From NCBI GenBank assembly GCA_963813715.1, contig CAWFAK010000015.1, positions 67,008 to 131,007 of the forward strand: a stretch of 64,000 nucleotides of DNA, in the 5' to 3' direction. Below, piece after piece: positions 47,100-56,859 of the stretch (its first letter is position 1; the number at the start of each line of letters is the position of its first letter). The notes beneath the pieces were generated by a model. It made no database searches. It was not told the origin of the DNA and saw only the letters and a list, made by a program, of their open reading frames with translations. The stretch comes from an uncultured Planctomycetaceae bacterium (GTDB lineage Bacteria; Planctomycetota; Planctomycetia; Planctomycetales; Planctomycetaceae). The position numbers and the translations under genes were made by a program.

Positions 47100-47319
47100 C
47101 TATCTCCGCTTTTGGCGTCCAGCGCTTGCCAGAAGCCCACGGATGGCCTCCGTGACGGCCTCTGAGCGGTTCCACCCGCGCCTTGTCGGCCCGCGCGTCT
47201 AGACGCTCCATGAGGCTTTCCGGCACAGTAGCACCGATGTTTATCGTCGGACCCTCTGGATTAATTGGCTTGCGCCCGGCCCCCTCCCGTTTGCCTCCGT
47301 GCCCTGTCGTTGGGGTCAT
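47100..47319 (-). CDS. Ribbon-helix-helix regulator (frameshift)
   Basis: Paralog of 40312-40530 (GGKREGAGRK...NRSEAVTEAIRGLLA). Confidence 0.75.
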
Positions 47320-47356
47320 TTTTCCCGCCTTGTTGAAATAATTATACAAATTCAAC

Positions 47357-47385
47357 TTGCCACGCACATGTTGAATAAATATAAT
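47357..47385 (+). promoter_or_regulatory. Sigma-70 promoter for transposase 3, overlapped by palindromic operators
   Basis: TTGCCA-17 bp-TATAAT; two GTTGAA...TTCAAC palindromes. Confidence 0.7.
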
Positions 47386-47530
47386 GTATTCAACGACGTC
47401 CGACAAGGGCAACAAAAAACCCCGCCGGTGCTGAAACACAAGCGGGGCGACAAAACATCCAGGCGAACCTGAATGCCGTCTAGGCAACTGCATTCTACCA
47501 CGGTTCGCCGCAGTCGAAAGAGGCGGGACC

Positions 47531-48465
47531 GTGGCGAATGTTTTGAAGCGGGACAAGCAGATTCAGGTTCTCAGGCTGCTGGTCGAAGGTAACTCGATTC
47601 GCTCGACCGAACGGATTACCGGGATCAGCCGCAACGCGATCATGCGACTCTTGGTGCGGTTCGGAACCGCTTGCCGCGAATTCCTAGACCTGAACCTCAG
47701 CAACCTGCATCTGGAGCACGTCGAGATCGACGAGATTTGGACGTTCGTTCGCAAGAAGCAGCGGAAGCTGCACGGGTTCGAGATCATCGATCCAGAAATC
47801 GGCGACATTTACTTGTTCACGGCGCTCGACCAATCCACGAAGTTGCTGGCGTCGTTCGCGATCGGGAAGCGGAACAACCAGACGACGCAAGCGCTGATCC
47901 GCGACCTGGAGAGCCGGATGGTCCGCCGGCCGGACCACAGCGGGGCCGAACGCCCGCAACTTTCGACCGATGGATTCAACACCTACCCCGGTGCGATTGC
48001 GGAGCGGTTCGGGTCGTCCGTGAAGCATGGGGTTTTGATAAAGCAGTACCGCAATCCAGAGTCGGGCCGATAGCGCCCCCGGATCTGATCGGCACCGAGC
48101 GGATCGCGGTCCAGAACATCACCGATGTGACCACGATATGCACGTCGCACGTCGAGCGGAACAACCTGACGATCCGCACGTTTATGAAACGGTTCACGCG
48201 CCTCTCGATGGGCTTCAGCAAGAAGCTAACGAACCTCGCCGCGGCGGCCGCGCTCCAGATCGCCCACTACAACTTCTGCTGGCGGCTGCGTCAGCCGGGG
48301 AAGAGCGGACAGCGGACCCCGACGCCCGCGATGATGGCGGGGCTGGTCGAGACGCTGTGGACGATCGAGGATCTGTACGATGCCGTGATGAAACAGCAGG
48401 CCGACAAGAAGCACGCGGCCCGCGTTGCAAAACTTATTGACCGTCTGCGACGAGAAAAGCTATAA
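47531..48465 (+). CDS. IS1-family DDE transposase (frameshift near 48070)
   Basis: IDEIW and STDG in the first frame; TSHVERNNLTIR in the second. Confidence 0.88.
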
Positions 48466-48684
48466 TCATGGGAACAAGGACGGGGCCTAGTCGCAACGGA
48501 AGCGACAAGAAGTGAGAAGCATAACGGCCCGTCGAACGCGAGTGCGTTCAACAGGCCGTTTTTTTGTTGGATGAGGGGAGGGGCCGGATCCGGCAGACTC
48601 TCTCATTAGGAACAACTGTCTCGGCGGACGGTCTCATTAGCCGCAACCGTCGCACAAGATTCGGTTCTCTCCCTCCATCTCAGC

Positions 48685-48723
48685 GCCCGACGGTCCACTG
48701 ACACTGGATCGTCGGGTTTTTTT
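48685..48723 (+). terminator. Rho-independent terminator
   Basis: GCCCGACGGTCCA / TGGATCGTCGGGT stem followed by a T-run. Confidence 0.65.
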
Positions 48724-48863
48724 GTTTCGACCGCTGTCGATCTGCGGTTGAGTTTAACAGCGTCAGGCGAAAACAGTCAATATGAGTTTGTTACTTATGA
48801 GCCAATGACTTAGGATGAAAACGACACGAGATTGCCACCAAACGTTCGGTTGGCTTTTACAGA

Positions 48864-49388
48864 ATGTCGCTCGTCGCCCAATACGTCGCCGTCAGTAACA
48901 GGCGAGTGACGATCCCCCAGAATATCGCGACTGAGCTGCCCTGGATACCCACCGGGAAGAAGGGGGATCCAACTATAGAGTGCATCGCTCTGCACGGACC
49001 AGCGGGCGGGATTCAAATCGATCGGCCCGACGGAGAACTGGCAGCGCGACGAAATGATTTCTTGCGGCAGTTTTCGGCCGCAGAAATTTCGCCGCTCGAA
49101 GCCGCCGAGGACTGGATGCACCTAGCGCGATTCTATGCAGCCAGTTGGACAATTAGCCTGACGTCGGACGTCAGCTCTAAGCGATTCACGCTTCCGGCTG
49201 AGATGCTTGAGACCGGACTTCTTGGCCCTGGCGTGCCGCGCGTAGTCCTGTTGTTCGCTGCTCGTGGGATTCTTGAAATGTGGGGTGCCGAGCAATGGGA
49301 AAATTACCAAGCGAAGATCGCGAATAGGGCCGCCCACCTGCACGCAGAATCTGTCGCCGATCTCGAACGCCGGGGTGGCTCCGTTTGA
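48864..49388 (+). CDS. MraZ-like (SpoVT/AbrB) protein
   Basis: Duplicated RRVTIP / KRFTLP motifs and GILEMW. Confidence 0.6.
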   Translation: MSLVAQYVAVSNRRVTIPQNIATELPWIPTGKKGDPTIECIALHGPAGGIQIDRPDGELAARRNDFLRQFSAAEISPLEAAEDWMHLARFYAASWTISLTSDVSSKRFTLPAEMLETGLLGPGVPRVVLLFAARGILEMWGAEQWENYQAKIANRAAHLHAESVADLERRGGSV

Positions 49389-50358
49389 GAAAAGTCAAAA
49401 GACGACACCACCCCCACCCGCCCCGCATAATTCTCAAATCCCAACTGTCCATTAACACTCCTCTAACCGGCCTATCGCTGTTGACTGTCAGGGGTTGGGG
49501 CGAGGTCGATGGTTGCGTTGAGCCTAGCGGTCACCGGGGAGTTGCGTGGCTGGGAATCATTTTAAGGCTGTTCCGAAATTGAAGTTGCGGCCGACCGCAG
49601 TGCACTAACTTTCTTCGCGTTTCCTTGACCCAACGCTCGTAGAGGTTAGAATTTCGCTGTTCTCAATCGCTGCACGGACGCGGGACTTTCCTGAACGTCT
49701 GTTGACTTGCCCGGCTCATCGTCCGGGCAAATCAGTTAGTACTCGGCAATCCGCTGGATGACCGGTTGTCGAGGATGGTTGATTCGGCCTGATCCTGGCA
49801 CCGACGGAAGCCAGCTCCTACGATTCGTTGGCGGCTTCGAGTTTCGGTCCGGACGCCTGTGAGTTGGTTGCACGAGTAGATCACCGAGCGCTCGACGCAC
49901 GCTGTCGACCGACGGTGGAACCGGCACGGAGTTGATCGCCAAAAGTTGATGGCAGAACGAGCTCGCGCTGGGCTCGATTTCCAAAACATCACCAACTTCA
50001 ACGCATCACCGACTTCAAACGAATCCGTAGCCGGAAATCAGCAGCAACCGGCTTCCCGCACAGACCCTTCGTGGAACCCTCATCCCCAGTTTGCTGGCAT
50101 TGAGTGCTGCTTGCATCCCGCGATTCCGGGCCAGGACCGCAATACCGACAAGATACGGCCCGACCAACGACGGCCGCACGAACATAACGCCGCACGAACA
50201 TAACACGGTAACAACACCAGACGGTCAGCAGTCGGCAATCCAGATTTCGAGACTCAACGACCCCAGAAGTAAAGCCTCAGCCAGCAGCGAAGGCCCTTAA
50301 GTCACCGCCCGTTTCGGGCCTTGTTCGCCAGCAGAATTTCGGCAATCAGGAGTCGCGC

Positions 50359-52269
50359 GTGTCGTCCGGTGATCGGTCCGATTTCAAAGAGCTCGTCCGC
50401 GCTCGGACCGACATCGCGCAGCTGATCGGCGAGCGCGTGACCTTGCAATCGCGGATGGGCGGACGCGAGCTGGTTGGACTGTGCCCCTTCCACGACGATC
50501 ACAACCCGTCGCTGCGAGTGTATGCCGACCGGCAGTCGTATAAGTGCTGGTCCTGCGGCGAAGGGGGCGATTGCTTCGCCTTCGTGCAGAAGACCGAAGG
50601 GGTCGACTTCCGCGACGCGCTCGAATTGCTGGCGACGCGGGCGGGCCTCGAGATTCCCAAGAGTAGTGGGCCGGGCGGAGACGGGAGAGGATCCGACGGC
50701 AAGCCGACGCGGAAAGAACTCTTCGACGTCTTGAAGTGGGCGGAGAGCGAGTTTTATACCTGCCTCAAAACCTCGTCCGAGGCGAAGGCGGCCCGCGAGT
50801 ATCTTGCGTCGCGCAATTTCAGCCCCGAGACGATCGAAAAGTTCCGCCTGGGCTACGCTCCGATCGAGGGGCAATTTTTACAACGTCGCGGGCGCGATCG
50901 TTTCAATTCGGCACAACTTGCCGCCGTGCGCCTGATCTCCCCGCGTAGCGAGAGTGACGGATATTACGAATATTTCCGCGGCCGCGTGGTGTTTCCCATC
51001 CGCGACGCCTCGGCTCGCACCGTTGCGTTTGGGGGACGCGTGGTGCCGGGCGTCGGTTCGCCCGACGCACCCAAATACCTGAATAGCGCCGACAGCCCGC
51101 TCTTCGCAAAGAACAAGGTAGTCTTTGCTTTGGACGTGGCACGGCCCGCCATCGCCGGGCGCGACTCGTGCGTGGTGATGGAAGGGTATGCCGATTGCAT
51201 CATGGCTCATCAGTTTGGGATTTCCCACGCGGTCGCAACACTAGGCACGGCTTTGACTGAAAACCACGTCGGAGTCCTCAAGCGATTCACCCGCAAGGTG
51301 GTGCTCGTCTTCGACGGAGACCAGGCCGGCCGCGACGCGGCGGAAAAGTCGCTTCCTCGTTTTCTTTCCCAGGACGTCGACTTGAGGATCCTGACACTGA
51401 CGACCGCCAAGGACCCGGCCGACTTCCTCACCGAGCACGGTGCGGAAGCCTTCGGCGCGCTGCTCGATTCGGCTCCCGAGGCCTGGGAATACAAGCTACG
51501 CTTGAGTATCGAACGCCACGGCCTGGCTTCCATCGATGCGCGGGAGCAGGTGGTGGCCGAGATGCTGGAGCTGTTCCGTCAGTCTCCGCGATTCAACGGA
51601 TCGGCCCGTGAGAACATCGTTCTCAACCGGCTGGCCTTCCGCGTCGGGCTGACGGAGACGCGAATCCGCGAGATGCTGGCGGCGGGCCGACGGAAATCGG
51701 CGCAGGCCCCGCGCGTCTCCGGTGTTCAAAATTACGACAAGTCGATTCAAATCCACGAGAATCGCCCTTCACGGCAGGTCGCCCCGACGAGCGCCCGAGG
51801 CAAGCTCGAACGCGAACTGCTGGAATGCGTGATCGCCGATCCGGCGGCATTTCCCGCCGTGCAAGCGGTCGTCGTGGTCGAGGACTTCGAGGACGAGGCC
51901 CACCGCCGGTTATTGGCGTTGTGTTACCGCGTGGCAGAATCGGGCATGTCCCCCTCGTACGAAAATCTGATTGCCGGCACCGAAGAGGCCGACCTCAAGG
52001 GCCTGCTCGTCACGCTCGAGACGACGTCCCGGGCCAAGGTGCAAACGCTGCGGCTCGACGGCCCCCAGGCGGCCATCGCCGCTCAGCAGGCCCTACTCAC
52101 AGACAGCTTGCGGCTTTGGAAGCACCGGGCCGAAACGCACGCGGTTTCGGTCGAGCGGCTGGCTTCCCAGAACGAATCTTCGGGCACGTTCGACGCGGCC
52201 CAACGCGACCACCTGCGACGCGCCATGGAAATTCACGGCGAGCGCGCAAGAGCGAACACCACGACTTGA
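50359..52269 (+). CDS. dnaG: DNA primase
   Basis: CPFH..CWSC zinc finger, PKYLNS, EGYAD, FDGDQAG, KDPAD. Confidence 0.97.
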   Translation: MSSGDRSDFKELVRARTDIAQLIGERVTLQSRMGGRELVGLCPFHDDHNPSLRVYADRQSYKCWSCGEGGDCFAFVQKTEGVDFRDALELLATRAGLEIPKSSGPGGDGRGSDGKPTRKELFDVLKWAESEFYTCLKTSSEAKAAREYLASRNFSPETIEKFRLGYAPIEGQFLQRRGRDRFNSAQLAAVRLISPRSESDGYYEYFRGRVVFPIRDASARTVAFGGRVVPGVGSPDAPKYLNSADSPLFAKNKVVFALDVARPAIAGRDSCVVMEGYADCIMAHQFGISHAVATLGTALTENHVGVLKRFTRKVVLVFDGDQAGRDAAEKSLPRFLSQDVDLRILTLTTAKDPADFLTEHGAEAFGALLDSAPEAWEYKLRLSIERHGLASIDAREQVVAEMLELFRQSPRFNGSARENIVLNRLAFRVGLTETRIREMLAAGRRKSAQAPRVSGVQNYDKSIQIHENRPSRQVAPTSARGKLERELLECVIADPAAFPAVQAVVVVEDFEDEAHRRLLALCYRVAESGMSPSYENLIAGTEEADLKGLLVTLETTSRAKVQTLRLDGPQAAIAAQQALLTDSLRLWKHRAETHAVSVERLASQNESSGTFDAAQRDHLRRAMEIHGERARANTTT

Positions 52270-52283
52270 ACTGGAGGACGCCC

Positions 52284-53934
52284 GTGTTGCATCGGCTTGA
52301 CGACAAACTCAACGACTTGATCGCGATCGGCAAGGGGCAGGGGGGCTGGCTGACATTCAGCCAGGTCAACGACTACCTGCCGGACGAGGCGGTCAATCCC
52401 GAGAAGCTCGACACCCTGTTGATGTCTCTCGAAGAAATCGGGATGGAGATCGTCGCCGACGCCAAGCTGCCGTATAAGCCGCCCGAAAAGAAGAAGGGCA
52501 AGAACGGCCGCAAGGCGAAAGAGGGCGAAGAAAAGTCCCGCCGCATCGACGATCCGGTGCGGATGTACCTGACGCAGATGGGCGAGATCCCGCTGCTCAC
52601 GCGCGATCAGGAAATCTCGCTCGCCAAGAAGATCGAGGTCACCCGCAAGCGGTTCCGCCGCCAGCTGCTCGAGTGCGAATACGCGATGAAGGCGGCCATC
52701 GACATCCTGTCGAAGGTCAACGTCAGCGAGCTGCCGTTCGACCGCACGATCAAGGTTTCGGTGACGGAAGGGCTCGACAAGGGTCAAATCGTCGGCCGGA
52801 TGCCGCAGAACCTGAAAACGCTCGAATATCTGCGGGCGAAGAACATCGCCGACTTCGAGAAGATGGTCAATCCGGAAACGCCGGAGAAAGAGCGGAAGTC
52901 GGCCCAGCACTCGCTCGCTCTGCGGCGGCGGAAGATGGTCACGCTGATCGAAGAGATGAGCGTGCGGACCCAGCGTCTGCAGCCGGCGATGAAGCGGCTG
53001 GCCCAGATCGGTTTCCGCATGACGGAGCTCGAGTCGCAAATCGAGCACTTGAAGAAGCTCAAGACGGCCAAGGACGAGCGGGCCAATCTGCAGCGCGAGC
53101 TGTACGACCTGATGATGATGACGCTCGAAACGCCGGCCAGCCTGCGGGCCCGCCTGGAGAGCATCGAGCAACGCTTCGGCAGCTACGAGCATTCGATGCG
53201 CGAGCTGTCGGGAGGCAACCTGCGGCTCGTCGTTTCGATCGCCAAGAAGTACCGCAACCGCGGCCTGAGCTTCCTCGACCTGATTCAAGAGGGGAACACG
53301 GGCCTGATGCGGGCGGTCGACAAGTACGAGTATCGCCGCGGCTACAAGTTCTCGACCTACGCGACGTGGTGGATTCGGCAGGCCATTACGCGAGCAATCG
53401 CCGACCAGGCCCGCACGATCCGGATCCCGGTGCACATGATCGAGACGATGTCCAAGCTCCGCAAGGTGAGCAAGAAGCTGCTGCAGGAGAAGGGACGCGA
53501 GCCCACGATCGAGGAAACGGCCGAGGCCGCCGGCGTCAGCCTGGAAGAGACGCGCCGCGTGCTCAAGATTCTCGCGGCACCCGATCAGTCTCGACCGGCC
53601 CGTCGGTGAGAGCGAAGACAGCTACTTCGGCGACTTCATCGAGGACGAGGGGAGCGAAAGCCCCGTCAACGCGGCGACGCAGGAGATGCTGAAGGACAAG
53701 ATCGACACCGTTTTGAAGACCCTGACCTACCGCGAGCGCGAGATCATCAAGCTGCGGTACGGCCTGGGCGACGGCTACACCTACACGCTCGAAGAGGTGG
53801 GCCGCATCTTCAAAGTCACTCGCGAACGCGTCCGCCAGATCGAAGCCAAGGCCGTCCGCAAGCTGCAGCACCCGGTCCGCAGCAAGCAGCTGAAGGGCTT
53901 CCTGGACCAACTGGCCGCCAACGCCGCCAACTGA
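52284..53934 (+). CDS. rpoD: RNA polymerase primary sigma factor (frameshift near 53570)
   Basis: [48 protein letters not shown]; follows dnaG. Confidence 0.95.
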
Positions 53935-53957
53935 TCACGCACGTTCGTCAATTTCCG

Positions 53958-53994
53958 AAGCCGCCGGACAAGCTCTTTTGTCCGGCGGTTTTTT
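53958..53994 (+). terminator. Rho-independent terminator
   Basis: CCGCCGGACAA / TTGTCCGGCGG stem followed by a T-run. Confidence 0.8.
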
Positions 53995-54212
53995 ATTGCC
54001 AACGCAGAGAGTCGCGGCGAACGTAGGAATGAGCGGGTGGGTCTTAAGAGGGCAACGCTCCCGCCTGAGCCGCGAGCGCACAACGCAAATTAGCCCGATT
54101 GAATCCGACAGGCTCGGCGGGGATCTTCGCACTCTCGTCCGGGAGGCTCGGCAATCCGGGTCGAGGCGTATAGAATGAGGGGGTGATACAAATTGGAACT
54201 CGGAGCCCAACG

Positions 54213-54920
54213 ATGAGTGCGGCGACAGCCGGCCTCAAACGCTTGCACGAACTACACATCCGCTTGCAGGACATCAATAAACAGCTGGAACATGGCCCCC
54301 GCCAGGTCAAAGCCCGGCAGCAAATTCTCGCGAAAAAGCAGGCTGAGGTCGACGTCCTCAAGGCTGAGCTGAAGCAGACGCGGATGCTCGCCGACCAGAA
54401 AAACCTGCAGCTGAAGACGAACGAAAGCAAGATCGAGCAGCTCCGCGCCAAGTTGAACCAGGCCCAGTCGAACCGCGAGTTCGACGTGATCCGCTCGCAA
54501 ATCGACGCCGACACGATGGCCAACAGCGTCCTGGAGGACGAAATCCTCGAGGTGCTGGAAAAGGTCGATCAGCAGCAGCAGAAGATCAAGCACATCGAAG
54601 AAGAAGCCGCCCAGTCGGCCGCCGAAGTGCGACGGGTGGGTCAAGAAATCGAGACGGCGGCTCCCAAGCTCCGCGCCCAGGCGACCGAGTTGCAAACCGC
54701 CCTGTCCGAGGCGGAAAAGATTCTCCCCTCGACGGCGATTGTCACCTACCGCCGGCTGGTGCAGGCCCACGGGGCCGGGGCCTTGGCGACGGTGGAAAAC
54801 AACGCCTGTACGGCCTGCTTCGAGATTCTGTCGGCCAATTACCTGGTCGAGCTCAACACCGGCAAATTCTTGTTTTGCCGGACCTGCGGGCGTCTGCTCT
54901 ATCGCCCGGAAGCCGACTGA
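54213..54920 (+). CDS. Coiled-coil C4 zinc-ribbon protein (DUF164-like)
   Basis: Long coiled coil; CTAC...CRTCGRLLY. Confidence 0.88.
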   Translation: MSAATAGLKRLHELHIRLQDINKQLEHGPRQVKARQQILAKKQAEVDVLKAELKQTRMLADQKNLQLKTNESKIEQLRAKLNQAQSNREFDVIRSQIDADTMANSVLEDEILEVLEKVDQQQQKIKHIEEEAAQSAAEVRRVGQEIETAAPKLRAQATELQTALSEAEKILPSTAIVTYRRLVQAHGAGALATVENNACTACFEILSANYLVELNTGKFLFCRTCGRLLYRPEAD

Positions 54921-55247
54921 CGGGCCCGGCCGGCAGCGCGCATGTTGCGTTTCGTCAACATGCGGCGCGCGATGTTTCCCGCTGACAACACGGCTCGGAC
55001 TGCGCGACGCTGCGCGCCATTTTTCTCGGCGCTGCGCTTAACTGTGCTCGCATCCAGACTTAGGTCGCCGATCCGCGGACGTCGCCGCGCGCGGGCCCGA
55101 TTGGCTCGCCCTTTGCGTTTGTGGTCTGTCGACATCGATGGCCGGCCAATTTGGGCAGACAGCGACACCGGCCATCACCGACACCTCCGGGCACTCCGCC
55201 TGAACCTGGCCGTCGTTTCGGCCCGAGCATCACAGGAAGAAACCTCG

Positions 55248-55688
55248 ATGGGATCACGCAAAGACCGGATGAAAATCCGAGAGGAAAACGGCGTCACCAT
55301 TCTGGACCTGGGTCAGGTCGAGATTTGGGACGGTGCCGACCTCGCTTTGCTGCGAGACACCTTCGCCCGCAAGTGCGGCCGCCAGGGCTGCAAGAGCCTG
55401 GGCGTCGACATGACGAGCGTGAAATACGTGCCGAGCGGTTTCTTCGGCATGCTGTTCGACTGGCACGAGATGGGCGTGGCCATCCGGCTCTACACCCCAC
55501 AGCCGCGTGTGGCCAACATGCTCTGGTTCCGCCAGTTCTTCGGCGAAGAGTCGAACGGTGCGTACCTGTTGCAGAGTGAGCCCAAGGAACTGATGGCCTT
55601 CGACGATTCGTGCGATTGGAACGACGAGGACGAGGAAGTCTGGGTCGAGGCCCCGAGTCCTTCGGTGGGCGCCTACGGAAACACATGA
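55248..55688 (+). CDS. STAS-domain-like protein
   Basis: GVDMTSVKYVPSGFFGML. Confidence 0.65.
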   Translation: MGSRKDRMKIREENGVTILDLGQVEIWDGADLALLRDTFARKCGRQGCKSLGVDMTSVKYVPSGFFGMLFDWHEMGVAIRLYTPQPRVANMLWFRQFFGEESNGAYLLQSEPKELMAFDDSCDWNDEDEEVWVEAPSPSVGAYGNT

Positions 55689-55705
55689 CGACGGTTGACC
55701 CCGTG

Positions 55706-55747
55706 AAACGGCCCGACGGTCTCTCGCCCGTCGGGCCGTTTTTTTTC
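55706..55747 (+). terminator. Rho-independent terminator
   Basis: AAACGGCCCGACGG / CCGTCGGGCCGTTT followed by a T-run. Confidence 0.8.
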
Positions 55748-55840
55748 GCCACAAGCCATGGCCGCCGACATCGCAGGACGGCTACCATCGACCTCGAATT
55801 GGAGTCTTACTCGTCGCACCTCGGAGGGGCTTCGGCCGCG

Positions 55841-56859
55841 ATGCAGTCCACCGTCCTCGTCACCGGCGGAGCCGGCTATATCGGCTCGCATGCCGTCCGT
55901 CAGCTGATCCAGAGCGGCCATCAGGTGGTCGTGCTCGACAACCTGTCGCGCGGGCATCGCGCGGCCGTCCATCCCAAGGCTCGCTTCGCGCAGCTCGATC
56001 TGCTACAGACCGAAGAACTCGCGCGGCTGTTGCGCGACGAAGCTGTCACCGGCGTGATGCATTTCGCCGCGCTGGCTTACGTCGGCGAATCGGTCGACGA
56101 GCCGCTCGTCTACTATCAGAACAACCTGGCCGGCACGATCAGCCTGCTGCGGGCGATGGACGAGGCGGGTGTGAAGCGACTCGTCTTCAGCTCGACGTGC
56201 GCGACCTACGGCGTGCCTCCCAAACTGCCGATCATCGAGTCGACGCCGCAACAGCCGATCAATCCCTACGGCTGGTCGAAGCGGTTCGTCGAGCAAGTGC
56301 TGATCGACAAAGCGGTCGCCCGCCCCGACTTTGCCTGCGTGGCGCTGCGCTATTTCAACGTGGCCGGGTGTGCCGAGGACGGCAGCATTGGCGAGGACCA
56401 TCATCCCGAAACGCACTTGATTCCGCTGGTGCTGCAGGCGGCCCTGGGTCAGCGCAAATCGATTACCGTGTTCGGCACTGATTATCCGACGCCCGACGGC
56501 ACGTGCATTCGCGATTACGTGCACGTCGACGACTTGTGCCGGGCGCACCTGCTGGCACTCGAGCGCATCGCGCCGGAAAGCCCCGCTTCTACAACGCGGG
56601 GATCGGCCGCGGCTATTCGGTGCGCGAGGTGATCGACTCCGCCCGCCGCGTCACGGGACGCGAGATTCCCGTCGAGTTTGCCGCCCGCCGCGCCGGTGAT
56701 CCGCCCGAACTGTGGGCCAATGCCGACAGCCTCCGGGGCGAGTTGGGCTGGTCGCCGCAGTTTACGCGGCTGGACGACGTCATCGCGACCGCTTGGAAGT
56801 GGTTCCGCGAGCACCCGCACGGCTACGACGATGGCGAATCGCCGGCGGCCAAGCGCTGA
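55841..56859 (+). CDS. galE: UDP-glucose 4-epimerase (frameshift near 56575)
   Basis: GGAGYIGSH, YGWSK, LRYFN, DGTCIRDYVHV, RRAGDP. Confidence 0.95.

Larger units (their letters stand above)
33457..49412. mobile_element. Tandem array of IS1-family autonomous and non-autonomous elements carrying gene cassettes
   Basis: Left ends GG(T/C)(A/T/G)G.G...TTGA or variants at 33457, 34577, 35118, 35829, 36724, 37645, 38520, 41720, 46064; right ends ...CAC(T/C)AC(C) at 36715, 37635, 38501, 41710, 46063, 49412; three transposases. Confidence 0.85.
46064..49412. mobile_element. IS1-family element with passenger genes
   Basis: Ends GGCGGTGTCTCCGTTTGA / TCAAAAGACGACACCACC. Confidence 0.75.

Noticed and set aside
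48060..48080. IS1-type programmed -1 frameshift in transposase 3
   Set aside because: There is no slippery A6C site, the break lies inside the catalytic domain, and the two paralogs are uninterrupted.
52284..56859. Pseudogenes or programmed frameshifts in rpoD, galE and many other genes
   Set aside because: Single-base indels occur throughout, including essential genes, which is most consistent with long-read errors. The same caveat applies to the frameshifted cassettes.
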